A DNA stretch of 64,000 nucleotides, taken from the NCBI GenBank assembly GCA_963725665.1, contig CAVRZA010000011.1:32001-96000 (forward strand), in the 5' to 3' direction. Positions 22,795 to 32,749 of this stretch are shown piece by piece. This stretch comes from an uncultured Actinomycetes bacterium. GTDB lineage: Bacteria > Actinomycetota > Thermoleophilia > UBA2241. The position numbers and the translations under genes were made by a program. The first letter of the stretch is position 1. Each line of letters begins with the position of its first letter. The notes beneath the pieces were generated by a model. The model had not been told where the DNA came from, did not search any database, and saw only the letters and a program-made list of their open reading frames with translations.

Positions 22795-24153
22795 ATGAGA
22801 CGACTACCGATCTACACAGCTGTGCTCGCCGTGCTAGCGCTATTGTTCGCGGCCGGCTGCGGCAGCACGAGCAGCAATGCGACGAGCTCGCCGACCGCCA
22901 CGAGCACGAGCCATACGCCGGTGACCCTCACGGTCTGGCACCCCTGGACCGTCGCTTCCGAGAAGAAGGGCTTCGCGACTGCTGTGGCCGGCTTCAAGAA
23001 GCAGTACCCCTGGATCACGCTGAAGATCGTGACCTTCCCGAACTCGGACGAGTTCGACCAGACGCTGATCAAGAACATCAACGCCGGCACGGCGCCCGAC
23101 GTAGCCATCTCGTTCATGCCCGACTACGTGGGCAAGTACGCGGCCGACGGCTTGTGGGAGGACCTCAAGCCGTTCATGGAGCGCGACAACTTCTCCATGG
23201 ACCAGTTCGCCACCGGCGCGGTGAGCTACACGTCGTACCAAGGCAAGCAGGTCGCTCTTCCGGTGCTCGCCGACGCGTACGGCCTCTACTACAACAAGGA
23301 CCTGTTCGCGAAGGCCGGCCTCACGGAACCGCCGAAGACGATGAGTCAGCTCATGGACTTCGCAAAGAAGCTGACCGTGCGCGACCAGGACGGCTCCATC
23401 GCGATTGCTGGCTTCGTACCGCTGAATGCGTTCAACGAGCTCGGGACCTCGGACCTCACACAGCCGTGGGGTGCGCAGTGGTTCGACGCCAACGGCAAGC
23501 CCCAGTTCGCGACAGACCCGGGCTGGGCTGCGGGGATGCAGTGGCAGAAGGAGCTCGTCGACTGGTACGGCTACCCCGCGATCCAGAAGTTCAACGCAGC
23601 CTGGGTCGACAAGGAGTGGACTCCCGACCAGGTCTTCGAGTCGGGCAAGGTAGCGATGATCTTCGACGGCGAGTGGCGCACCAAGATGATCGCCAACGAG
23701 AAGCCGACCCTGAACTACGCGACGGCTCCCTTCCCCGCCGCCGACGACCATCCCGAGCTCTACGGACAGGGACGCATCAGCGGCACCATCACCGGCATCC
23801 CGAGAGGGACACAGCACCCAGACGAGGCCTGGCTGCTGGAGAAGTACATGGCGACCGACACCGACTTCCTCGTCACGCTCGCCAACCAACTGGGCAACGT
23901 GCCGACCACGAAAGACTCCGCGGCGTCGCCGAACCTCAAGATGCCGCCCGAGATGAAGACGTTCATCGACGTCTGGAACAACCCCAACTCGATCAACGCG
24001 CCGCCGCTGACGGCGACCGGGGCGACCTACGCCGACTTCCTCAACAACTTCGACGACAAGTGGGTGAAGGGCGCCGTGCCCGACCTGCAGGCCGGCCTGC
24101 AACAGGTCGACCAAGATGTCGCCAACGAGCTCTCGATGGGACAGGCGCCGTGA
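22795..24153 (+). CDS. Sugar ABC transporter substrate-binding lipoprotein (CsnE-like)
   Basis: Lipobox LFAAGC, APDV, GLYYNKDLF, FESGKVAMIFDGEW. Confidence 0.92.
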   Translation: MRRLPIYTAVLAVLALLFAAGCGSTSSNATSSPTATSTSHTPVTLTVWHPWTVASEKKGFATAVAGFKKQYPWITLKIVTFPNSDEFDQTLIKNINAGTAPDVAISFMPDYVGKYAADGLWEDLKPFMERDNFSMDQFATGAVSYTSYQGKQVALPVLADAYGLYYNKDLFAKAGLTEPPKTMSQLMDFAKKLTVRDQDGSIAIAGFVPLNAFNELGTSDLTQPWGAQWFDANGKPQFATDPGWAAGMQWQKELVDWYGYPAIQKFNAAWVDKEWTPDQVFESGKVAMIFDGEWRTKMIANEKPTLNYATAPFPAADDHPELYGQGRISGTITGIPRGTQHPDEAWLLEKYMATDTDFLVTLANQLGNVPTTKDSAASPNLKMPPEMKTFIDVWNNPNSINAPPLTATGATYADFLNNFDDKWVKGAVPDLQAGLQQVDQDVANELSMGQAP

Positions 24154-24200
24154 TCGACATCACGCTCAGAGAGGACGGAGCGGACTGGTAGTCTAAGGCC

Positions 24201-25247
24201 ATGGCCGCGACCGAGACAGCTCCTCGTACTGCGGCTCCCGTCCCTGCAGCACCCCTGATCCCGCGGCGTACCGCGGCCGAGCGCCGCCGCCAGCGGCGGC
24301 GCTCGGCCGTCCGCAAGTACGGCGTCGTCGTGCTCCTCCTGTCGCCGTGGATCATTGGCTTCGTCGCCTTCACGCTCGGGCCGATGGTCCTGAGCTTCTA
24401 CTGGTCGTTCACGCACTACGACATGGTGAACGCGCCGCGCTGGATCGGCCTCGACAACTTCAAGTTCATGTTCGGGGTGGGCCACATCCAGGGCATGCCG
24501 CCGGGCGCCCACGACCCCAACTACTGGTTGTGCGTGCGGAACACGCTCTGGATCATCCTCTTCGGTGTTCCACTACGCATCGTGTTCGGCATGATCACGG
24601 CCATGCTCCTCACACGCCCCCGGCGCGGTGTGAACACCTACCGCACGCTCTTCTACATGCCCTCGATGGTCCCCCGAGTGGCGACGGCCCTGGTGTTCGT
24701 CTTCCTCCTCAACCCCATAACCGGCCCGCTCAATCGCCTCATCGACCTGATTCCCGGCGTCACGGCGCCGCTCTGGTTCTACGATCCGGCGTGGGCGAAG
24801 CCGGCGCTGCTCATCATGGGGCTCTGGGGGATCGGCGATGCCATCGTCATCTACCTCGCCGGCCTGCTCAACGTGCCTCGCGACCTCTACGAGGCGATCG
24901 CCATCGAGGGCGCCAATGCCTGGCAGCGCTTCAGGCACGTGACCCTGCCGATGATCACGCCGGTCATCTTCTTCACTCTGATCATGGGGATCATCGACGG
25001 CTTCCAGTACTTCGACCAGGCCTACGTCGCCGGCAACACGGCGAGTGGCCAGGCGGCCGTCCTCGGCAAGCCTGAGGGCTCGCTGCTCTTCTACGGGCTG
25101 TGGCTCTACGAGAAGGCGTTCCGCTCCTTCCAGATGGGCTACGCATCGGCGATGGCGTGGGTGCTCTTCATCGCCACGATGGTCGCCACGGCGATCCTGC
25201 TGGCGACCTCCAGGAGCTGGGTACACTACGGGGGGAGGCAGCAATAG
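24201..25247 (+). CDS. Sugar ABC transporter permease (CsnF-like)
   Basis: LLLSPWIIGF, EAA loop (LYEAIAIEGANAWQRFRHVTLP), MGYASAMAW. Confidence 0.92.
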   Translation: MAATETAPRTAAPVPAAPLIPRRTAAERRRQRRRSAVRKYGVVVLLLSPWIIGFVAFTLGPMVLSFYWSFTHYDMVNAPRWIGLDNFKFMFGVGHIQGMPPGAHDPNYWLCVRNTLWIILFGVPLRIVFGMITAMLLTRPRRGVNTYRTLFYMPSMVPRVATALVFVFLLNPITGPLNRLIDLIPGVTAPLWFYDPAWAKPALLIMGLWGIGDAIVIYLAGLLNVPRDLYEAIAIEGANAWQRFRHVTLPMITPVIFFTLIMGIIDGFQYFDQAYVAGNTASGQAAVLGKPEGSLLFYGLWLYEKAFRSFQMGYASAMAWVLFIATMVATAILLATSRSWVHYGGRQQ

Positions 25248-26164
25248 CGACCGCGGCGACAGCGATCCCTCAGAGGAAACGCGAGGCCCCGCCGCGCGTC
25301 CGCCGTCGTCGCTTCCTGCTCGCGATCGGCAATCACGCCGTCCTGATCGCCGTCTCGCTCATGTTCGTCCTGCCCGTGATCTGGATCGTGCTGACCTCGC
25401 TGATGACCGACCAGCAGGCACTGACCTCGCGCCTCATCCCTGACCCCGTGATGTGGTCCAACTTCGTCACCGTGTTCCAGCAGATCGACCTGCTGCGCTA
25501 CACATGGAACACGGTCCTGTACGCAGGCATCACGACGATCGGCGTCGTCGTCTCCTGCGTGCCGGTCGCCTACGCGTTCTCACGCATCCAGTGGAAGGGC
25601 CGCAACGTCGTCTTTCTGCTGGTGCTCTCGACGCTGATGCTGCCCGTGCAGATCACTACGGTGCCGATGTTCGTCGTCTGGGCGCGCGACGTGCCCAACT
25701 GGATCTTCTCGCTGTTCGGCGTACACGTGCAATTCGTAGGCACGCTGCGGCCGCTCATCATCCCCAGCTTCTTCGCCGACGCGTTCTCGATCTTTCTGCT
25801 GCGCCAGTTCTTCATGACCATCCCCGAAGAGCTCTGCGACGCAGTGCGCGTCGACGGCGGCGGCCATTGGCAGATCCTGCGCCGGGTCATCATCCCGCTC
25901 TCGAAGCCGGCCATCATGGCCGTGGCCCTCTTCCACTTCATCTGGGCCTGGAACGACTTCTACGGACCGCTCGTCTACCTCGGCCAGAGCCCCCAGGCAC
26001 AGACACTCTCGCTGGCGCTCTCCAACTTCAGAGGGATGCACCACGTGCAGTGGAACCTCACCATGGCCGCGACGCTGATCTTCATGATCCCGGTCATCGT
26101 CATCTTCTTCCTCGCTCAACGAGTCTTCATCGAGGGCGTCACGCTGACCGGCGTGAAAGGGTGA
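25244..26164 (+). CDS. Sugar ABC transporter permease (CsnG-like)
   Basis: FSIFLLRQFFMTIPEELCDAVRVDG, WNDFYGPL, QRVFIEGVTLTGVKG; probable ATA start overlapping the previous TAG. Confidence 0.9.
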   Translation: MATAATAIPQRKREAPPRVRRRRFLLAIGNHAVLIAVSLMFVLPVIWIVLTSLMTDQQALTSRLIPDPVMWSNFVTVFQQIDLLRYTWNTVLYAGITTIGVVVSCVPVAYAFSRIQWKGRNVVFLLVLSTLMLPVQITTVPMFVVWARDVPNWIFSLFGVHVQFVGTLRPLIIPSFFADAFSIFLLRQFFMTIPEELCDAVRVDGGGHWQILRRVIIPLSKPAIMAVALFHFIWAWNDFYGPLVYLGQSPQAQTLSLALSNFRGMHHVQWNLTMAATLIFMIPVIVIFFLAQRVFIEGVTLTGVKG

Positions 26165-27282
26165 GGGCGACGCCGCCCGCGACAGCGCCCTACACGCCGC
26201 CGCTCGGCAGCGGGCTGGAGGACATCGACACGCCCGCCCTGCTGCTCGACCGCAAGAAGCTCCTGGCCAACATCGAGCGCATGGCGGCTTTCGTGGGCGC
26301 CGGCCCGGTGAAGCTGCGGCCGCACGCCAAGACGCACAAGTGCGTCGAGATCGCGCGGCTGCAGCTCGCGGCCGGCGCCGTCGGCGTCACTTGCGCCAAG
26401 GTCGGAGAGGTTGAGGCGCTCGCCGACGGGGGCATCGACGACATCCTCATCGCCAACCAGATCGTGGGGCCGATCAAGATCGCCCGCCTCGTGGAGCTGG
26501 CGAAGCGCTGCCGAGTGACCGTGGCGGTCGACGACGCCGGCAACGTGCACGCCCTTTCGGACGCCGCAGTCGCCGCGGGGGTCGAGCTGCGCTGCTACGT
26601 CGAGGTCGACGTCGGCATGGTCCGCTGCGGCGTTCGCGACGGTGAGGCGGCTCTCGAGCTGGCGAGACTGGTCGCCGCCTCGCCCGGGCTGGTCTTCGCC
26701 GGCCTGCAGACCTACGAGGGGCACCTGCAGAACGTCGTGCCCCTCGAGGAGCGCATCGCTTTGGCGGAGCGCGACATGCGCCAGGCGCTGCAGGCCAAGG
26801 AGACAGTCGAGGCGGGTGGCCTGCCCGTGGAACAGGTGAGCGGCGGTGGTACCGGCACGCACATGGTGACCGGCCGCCTGCCGTGGATGACCGAACTGCA
26901 GGCCGGCTCCTATGCCACCATGGACGCGCAGTACCGTGCCGTAGGTGGCGCCGACTTCGAGAACGCGCTCACCGTCCTGGCCACGGTCATCAGCCGGCCG
27001 CGACCGGACAAGGCAATCGTCGACGCCGGCCTCAAGGCGCTGACGTCGGAGTTCGGCGACCCGACCGTGCTTGTCGAGGGCGCCGGCTGGCTTGACTTCT
27101 CGGAGGAGCACGGTGAGATCGCCCTCGCAGGGCCGGCGCGCGACCTGCGGGCGGGCGACAAGATCGAGATCGTGCCGCGTCACGGGTGCACCACGATCAA
27201 CCTGTACGACCGCTACCACGTGCTCGAAGACGGAAGGCTCACGGCGATCTGGGCGATTACCGCCCGTGGCCGCTCGCAGTAG
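26161..27282 (+). CDS. PLP-dependent DSD1/D-threonine aldolase family enzyme (fold type III)
   Basis: IDTPALLLD, LRPHAKTHK, VEVDVGMVRCGV, YEGH, SGGGTGT, SEEHG, PRHGCTTINL; GTGA overlap with the permease. Confidence 0.88.
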   Translation: MRATPPATAPYTPPLGSGLEDIDTPALLLDRKKLLANIERMAAFVGAGPVKLRPHAKTHKCVEIARLQLAAGAVGVTCAKVGEVEALADGGIDDILIANQIVGPIKIARLVELAKRCRVTVAVDDAGNVHALSDAAVAAGVELRCYVEVDVGMVRCGVRDGEAALELARLVAASPGLVFAGLQTYEGHLQNVVPLEERIALAERDMRQALQAKETVEAGGLPVEQVSGGGTGTHMVTGRLPWMTELQAGSYATMDAQYRAVGGADFENALTVLATVISRPRPDKAIVDAGLKALTSEFGDPTVLVEGAGWLDFSEEHGEIALAGPARDLRAGDKIEIVPRHGCTTINLYDRYHVLEDGRLTAIWAITARGRSQ

Positions 27283-27386
27283 GCGGCGCTGCCGTCGCAC
27301 TGGCTCGCTCACTCGCGCAGCGAGCTTCGCGATGGCACCGGCCGGTCTCCCAACGGCCGTGTGGCGACCGTCCAGAGCGAAGTAGA

Positions 27387-27416
27387 TTGACGCAACATAT
27401 ATATTTTCGCTAAGGT
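27387..27416 (+). promoter_or_regulatory. Promoter TTGACG-N18-TAAGGT with AT-rich symmetric spacer (candidate MarR operator)
   Basis: caacatatatattttcgc spacer stands out in very GC-rich DNA, upstream of marR. Confidence 0.55.
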
Positions 27417-27472
27417 CTCTCCTCAAGCGATGAGGCTCCGATCATCCGAGCCCCGAAGCGAGCAGCACGACG

Positions 27473-27988
27473 ATGGAACCACGCGTGACGACACCCTCCA
27501 CACGCAGCGGGCATGAACAGGCGTGCCTCGACGTCGCGCGCCGCCTCGCCGCCCTCGTGCGTGGCGGCGGCGCGGCGTGGCTCGAGCTCGACCTGACGAT
27601 GGCCCAGCTCAAGGCCATGATGGCCCTCTCGGCGCTGGGGCCGCTGTCGGTCGGCAGGCTCGGTCGCCGGCTCGGCATCGCCGAGCCGGCCGCGAGCCTG
27701 CTCGTCGACAAGCTGCACGCGCAAGACCTCGTCGCGCGGCGAAGCGACCCCAGCGACCGCCGCCGCATACTGGTGGAGCTCACCGAGAACGCCCAGGCGC
27801 TCGTCGCGCGCCTCCAGGAGGTGCGTGACGAGCGCCTCGTGGAGCTCCTCTCCAAGCTCGGCGACGACGACCTGCTGGCGCTGGAGCAGGGCATCCAGGC
27901 CCTCGTACGCGCCGCGACGGACGAGAACACGGCGGTCGCCGACGAGACATACGAAGGCCGTGTCACTGATGCGGAGGCCGAAGCGTGA
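27473..27988 (+). CDS. MarR-family regulator
   Basis: LDLTMAQL...LGIAEPAASLLVDKL...DPSDRRRILVELTE. Confidence 0.9.
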   Translation: MEPRVTTPSTRSGHEQACLDVARRLAALVRGGGAAWLELDLTMAQLKAMMALSALGPLSVGRLGRRLGIAEPAASLLVDKLHAQDLVARRSDPSDRRRILVELTENAQALVARLQEVRDERLVELLSKLGDDDLLALEQGIQALVRAATDENTAVADETYEGRVTDAEAEA

Positions 27989-29740
27989 GGACACGCACCG
28001 AGGACCCGACGAAAGGCTCTGGCTCGGCGAGCGACGCCGCAGCCGGAGGCGACGGCGGCCCTCAAGCCGGCACCGCGCCGGCGACCGCGCAACCATGGGG
28101 CGAGACGCTCAGCCGCCGACGCATCGTCGAGGTGCTGATCGCCGTGATGCTCGGCATGCTGCTGGCGGCCCTCGACCAGACGGTCGTGGGCACGGCGATG
28201 CCGCGCATCATCGCCGACCTCAATGGTCTGCAGCACTACGCCTGGGTCGCCACCGCCTACCTGCTGGCCTCGACGGCGTCGATGCCGATCTGGGGCAAGC
28301 TCTCCGACGCCTACGGGCGCAAGCGCTTCTTCATCGCCGGCATGGTCGTCTTCATCACCGGCTCGGCCCTCTGCGGCCAGTCGCACAGCATGACGGAGCT
28401 GATTCTCTTCCGCGCCTTCCAGGGCATCGGGGCCGGCGCCATGCTGCCCATCTCGCAGGCGATCATCGGCGACATCTTCCCGCCGGCGCAGCGCGCTCGC
28501 TGGACCGGTCTGCTCATGAGCGTCTTCGCCGTGGCCACGATCCTCGGCCCCCTGCTCGGCGGCTGGATCACCGACAACATCAGCTGGCGCTGGGCCTTCT
28601 ACGTCAACCTGCCGGTCGGCATCGTCGCCGTGGCCGCGGGCGCCTACGCCCTGCCCGGTCACGTCAGCCTGCACAAGCATCGCATCGACTACAGCGGGGC
28701 GGCCCTGCTCGTGGCGGCCGCGGTGCCCCTCCTGCTCGGCCTGAGCTGGGGCGGCAGCGAGTTCCCTTGGGGCTCGGCCCAGATCATCGGGCTCTTCGTC
28801 TTCTCCGCCGTCATGTGGGTCCTGTTCGTTGCTGCGCGAGCTCCGTGCCGCCGAGCCGGTGATCAACCCGCGCCTCTTCGAGAACAGCATCTTCACGGTC
28901 TCCTCGCTGGCCAGCGCCATCCAGTCGGCGGCCATGTTCGGCGCCATCATGTTCCTGCCGCTCTACGTCCAGGCGGTGCTCGGCAAGTCGGCCACCAACT
29001 CGGGCGTCATCCTCATGCCGATGATGCTGGCCGCCATGGCGACCGCCATCGGCGGCGGACAGATCCTGGCCCATACCGGTCGCTACAAGATCCTGGTCAT
29101 GGCGGGCTTCGGCGCCGTCGTGGCGGGCGCGTACCTTCTCTCGCTCATGGGCGTGGACACCACGCAGGCCGTCCTGGCGCGGAACATGGTCATCATGGGG
29201 CTCGGCCTCGGCATCGCCATGAGCGCCTTCACCGTCATCGTGCAGAACCAGTACCCCACCCACCGGCTCGGCGAGGTCACCGCCGGGTTGCAGTTCTTCC
29301 GCCAGATCGGCAGCACAGTCGGCCTGGCCGTCTTCGGCACGATCATGAACAACCAGTTCGCCGCCGCCATGAAGACGAACCTCCCGGCGCCGCTGCAGGA
29401 GTTCGCCAAAGGCTCGGCGGCGAGCGGGCTCGACAACCCGCAGGTGCTCCTTTCGCCGACGGCGAGCGAGAAGATCCACGACGCCTTCTCCCGCTTCGGC
29501 GCCCAGGGCGACCAGCTCTTCCACGGCTTCATGAGCGCCGTTCGCCTGAGCCTCGCGAGCGCCATCAGCGACCTCTTCGTGCTGGCGACGATCCTGGGTT
29601 GCGTCGGCTTCTTCGTGGTCCTCTTCCTCAAAGAGGTCCCCCTGCGGCGCACGCACGCCATGGACGAAGAGCAGGTACAGGCGGAGTTCGCGCGGGAGGC
29701 GTCCGCCCGAGAGGCGGCAGTCCCCGGCTCCCAGAACTGA
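27985..29740 (+). CDS. MFS drug:H+ antiporter (DHA2, EmrB/QacA-like); frameshift near 28830
   Basis: LDQTVVGTAMP, GKLSDAYGRK, GPLLGGWIT, WRWAFYVNLP; second half in ORF 28829-29740. Confidence 0.88.
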
Positions 29741-29914
29741 GGTCGGGGGGGCTCGCAGAGCCGGCCGCCCAGGGCGTTGTGCTGGCGACCGACCTCGGTG
29801 TCGTTCCCGACGAGATCGGCACGGCGTTTCGGGGGCGCTACGACAGCAAATACAGCCCCATGATGGTTTCAGCACGGCCGGGGGGATTCACGAGATGGTG
29901 ATGCCGCGGGCGGC

Positions 29915-29949
29915 GGCAGTCGGGCGCGTCGGCAGTCGGGCGCGTCGGC
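29915..29949. repeat. 16-bp tandem repeat x2 (ggcagtcgggcgcgtc)
   Basis: Direct read. Confidence 0.7.
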
Positions 29950-30277
29950 GACCCCGACGGCTGTTACGCCGCCGCGCAACAGGTCCAAATGGGCATCCAC
30001 CGGGGCACCTCCGGACCTCGTCATCACGTTCACTGTTATGATCCTGAGCGATCTGCTGCGCGACGTGGACATGTGGCGGCTCATGGTGCTGGGCGCGCTG
30101 CTCCTCCTCGTGCTGGCCTTTTCAGCCCACGGTGCTCGACGGCCTGCTGGCGCGGCAGCTCGGGCAAGCTGCGCGGGTGGATGTATCGGGGGTGTCTGCC
30201 GGGGACGCGCAGTAGCCACAGGCGGGATCGGCGGCGCAGCAGACACGCCGGCATCGCCACACGAGGAGGAGGCGCAC

Positions 30278-31603
30278 ATGGAGTCATCCGCCGTGCCACG
30301 ATCGGCCCTCGAGGAGCGCGTCGTCGCCGATGCGGCTGAGCGCAGCGACGAGCTGGTGGGCCTGGTAGCCGACCTCGTGGCCTGCGACACGACGGCGCGC
30401 AACCCGGGCGACCCGCCGCGCGACGAGGCCCGGCTGCAGGAGTACCTGCGCAGCCGCCTCGAGGCGCTGGGCGCAGAGACCGACCTCTGGGAACCCGAAC
30501 CGACCGGTAAGGGCAATCCCTTCGTCCCAGACGACCAGGACTTCGTCGGACGGCCGCAGCTCGCCGCCTACCTGAAGGGCACCGGCGATGGCAAGAGCCT
30601 GCTCCTGAACGGACACATCGACGCCGTATCGACCGAGCCGCGCGGGCAATGGACGAACGACCCGTTCAAGGCCACAGTCCGCAACGGCAGGCTCTACGGA
30701 CGCGGCAGTTGCGACATGAAGGGCGGCATCGCCGACATGCTCTTCGCCCTCGAGACCTTGCACCGCCTCGGCGTGCGCCTCGGCGGCGACGTCGTCTTCT
30801 GCACCGACACCGACGAGGAGCAGAGCGGCGCCGGCGCCCTCGCCAGCGCCGCGCACGGCGTACGCGCCGACGCGGGGCTCTGCGCCGAACCGACCGCGTT
30901 CGACGTCTGGGTGGCCTGCCGCGGGTGCGTGAACCCGACCGTGACCATCGAGGGGCGACCCGGACATGCCGAGTGCGTGCAGCCCGACTGGCGCGAGGGC
31001 GGCGCCGTGAACGCGATCGAGAAGCTGCGCATCGTGCTAGAGGCCGTGCGCGACCTGCGCGATGACTGGCGCTCGGACCCAGCCAATCGTCATCCCTACG
31101 TCGGCCCGCCCGACATCGTGCCGACAGTCGTCAGGGGCGGGGAGTGGATGGTCACCTATCCCTCGTCGTGTTCCCTCACCTTCGACGTGCAGTACCTGCC
31201 CGCGCGGGTCGACGCGGACGGCACCGGCCAGGCGGTCTTCCGCGAGGTGGAGGAACGCGTCGCGGCGGTCGCTTCGCTGGACCCCTGGCTGCGCGAGCAT
31301 CCCGTCGAGTGGGAGTGGCCCTGGGACATCGTGCCGGCCGAGGTGCCCGACGACCATCCCCTCGTCGCCATGACCCTCCAGGCGGGCGCGACGGTCGGCA
31401 GGAGGGGGAAGATCGGCGGCCTCGACTCGTGGCACGACGCCGCCGTCTTCACGCTGCGCGCCGGCACGCCGACGGTCTCGTTCGGCCCCGGCAGCATCGC
31501 GCAGGCGCACACCATCGACGAGTACGTACCCGTACGGGACCTCGTCGATCACGCGGCGGCCGTCGCGCTGGTGCTCATGCGCTGGTGCGGCGTCGCCAGC
31601 TGA
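30278..31603 (+). CDS. M20 ArgE/DapE-family deacylase
   Basis: LLNGHID, GRGSCDMKGG, DEE, EPT, GPGSIAQAHTIDEY; GAGGAGG RBS before ATG 30278. Confidence 0.9.
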   Translation: MESSAVPRSALEERVVADAAERSDELVGLVADLVACDTTARNPGDPPRDEARLQEYLRSRLEALGAETDLWEPEPTGKGNPFVPDDQDFVGRPQLAAYLKGTGDGKSLLLNGHIDAVSTEPRGQWTNDPFKATVRNGRLYGRGSCDMKGGIADMLFALETLHRLGVRLGGDVVFCTDTDEEQSGAGALASAAHGVRADAGLCAEPTAFDVWVACRGCVNPTVTIEGRPGHAECVQPDWREGGAVNAIEKLRIVLEAVRDLRDDWRSDPANRHPYVGPPDIVPTVVRGGEWMVTYPSSCSLTFDVQYLPARVDADGTGQAVFREVEERVAAVASLDPWLREHPVEWEWPWDIVPAEVPDDHPLVAMTLQAGATVGRRGKIGGLDSWHDAAVFTLRAGTPTVSFGPGSIAQAHTIDEYVPVRDLVDHAAAVALVLMRWCGVAS

Positions 31604-31774
31604 AGACCGCGCCCTCGTCGCCAGGGTGTCGTCCACACAAGGCAGCGGCCATCATGCCGGGCAGAGCTGTGTCCGGGTAGCGAGGGTCCGCGCCGCACGC
31701 CGCCAGCGGTTATGCCTGTCGCCCTCATCGGGCAAGAAGGCGACAGATGTGGTGACCGTGCGCGACCCCAGCCG

Positions 31775-32716
31775 ATGAACGTCTACGACCTTGCTGCTCT
31801 CCTCTTCATCGCCGCGTTCGCTGTGGTCGGCTTGCGTCTTGGGCTCCTGCGCACCGCCCTCCACTTGGCCGGGTTTGCCTTCGCCCTGTTCCTCGCGCTC
31901 CGCGTCGAAGGGCCTCTCGGAGGCGCGGTGGCAGTGCTCCTGCACACACCGCCGTGGGCGACACAGCTCGCCACGTTCGTCGTCATTCTCATCGCCGTCG
32001 GGGTGCTGGTGCACATCGTCTCGGCACGCATCGCAAGGCTCGTGCCCGATACGCGTCGCCTGCGCCTCGCCAGTCTTGTCGGGGGGGCGACGCTCGGCGT
32101 ACTTGCCGCGCTCCTCCCCGTCTGGCTGGCCACGGGCCTGCTCCTGCTCGTCCCCTCCTCGGCGGCGCCGCTTGCGCGCGCCGCCCATCAGTCATCGACC
32201 GCGAAGCTGATGGGCGCCTGGACTCCGTCGTGGCCCCAGGGCGTGCTCGCCTACGTCGGCAAGGTGGCGGTCGGGCCGCAGCAGGACCAGCTCGTTTACG
32301 AGCTGCAGCATCTCTTCTCCAACGGTCCCCGGCTGATGCAGGAGCAAGAAGCACAGATGCTCGACCTCTTGAACCAGACGCGCCGCCAGTTCGGCCTGCC
32401 GCCGCTGCGCCTGGACCCCAAGCTGCGTCTCGCGGCGCGCGCTCACTCGGCCGACATGGCCACGAACAACTACTTCGAGCACGACTCACCGCGGTTCGGC
32501 ACGCCGGTGCAGCGCATGCAGGTCGCGGGGGTGCGCACGGGTTACTACGGCGAGAACATTGCCTTCGCACTCGACGCGGCACTGGCGGAGACCGCGTTCA
32601 TGCACTCCCCCGGGCACCGCGCCAACATCCTCGATCCCGACTACACCCGCGTAGGCATCGGCGCGGTCACCGACGGTCTCATGGTGATGTTCACGCAGGA
32701 CTTCGCCGGCACCTGA
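31775..32716 (+). CDS. CvpA-like membrane domain fused to a CAP/SCP domain
   Basis: Four TM helices, then LLNQTR...ARAHSADM...YFEH...GENIA...MHSPGHRANIL. Confidence 0.82.
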   Translation: MNVYDLAALLFIAAFAVVGLRLGLLRTALHLAGFAFALFLALRVEGPLGGAVAVLLHTPPWATQLATFVVILIAVGVLVHIVSARIARLVPDTRRLRLASLVGGATLGVLAALLPVWLATGLLLLVPSSAAPLARAAHQSSTAKLMGAWTPSWPQGVLAYVGKVAVGPQQDQLVYELQHLFSNGPRLMQEQEAQMLDLLNQTRRQFGLPPLRLDPKLRLAARAHSADMATNNYFEHDSPRFGTPVQRMQVAGVRTGYYGENIAFALDAALAETAFMHSPGHRANILDPDYTRVGIGAVTDGLMVMFTQDFAGT

Positions 32717-32749
32717 CGGCCGGCGGCCGGAGCGATAGGATGGGGCGGC

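Noticed and set aside
25453-26160. 609-aa ORF suggesting a long DSD1 fusion
   Set aside because: The first 236 codons are an off-frame shadow of the permease gene
30038-30277. 80-aa hydrophobic N-terminal extension of the M20 deacylase
   Set aside because: A strong RBS precedes ATG 30278 where family similarity begins; the upstream part is an open-frame extension or a separate small ORF
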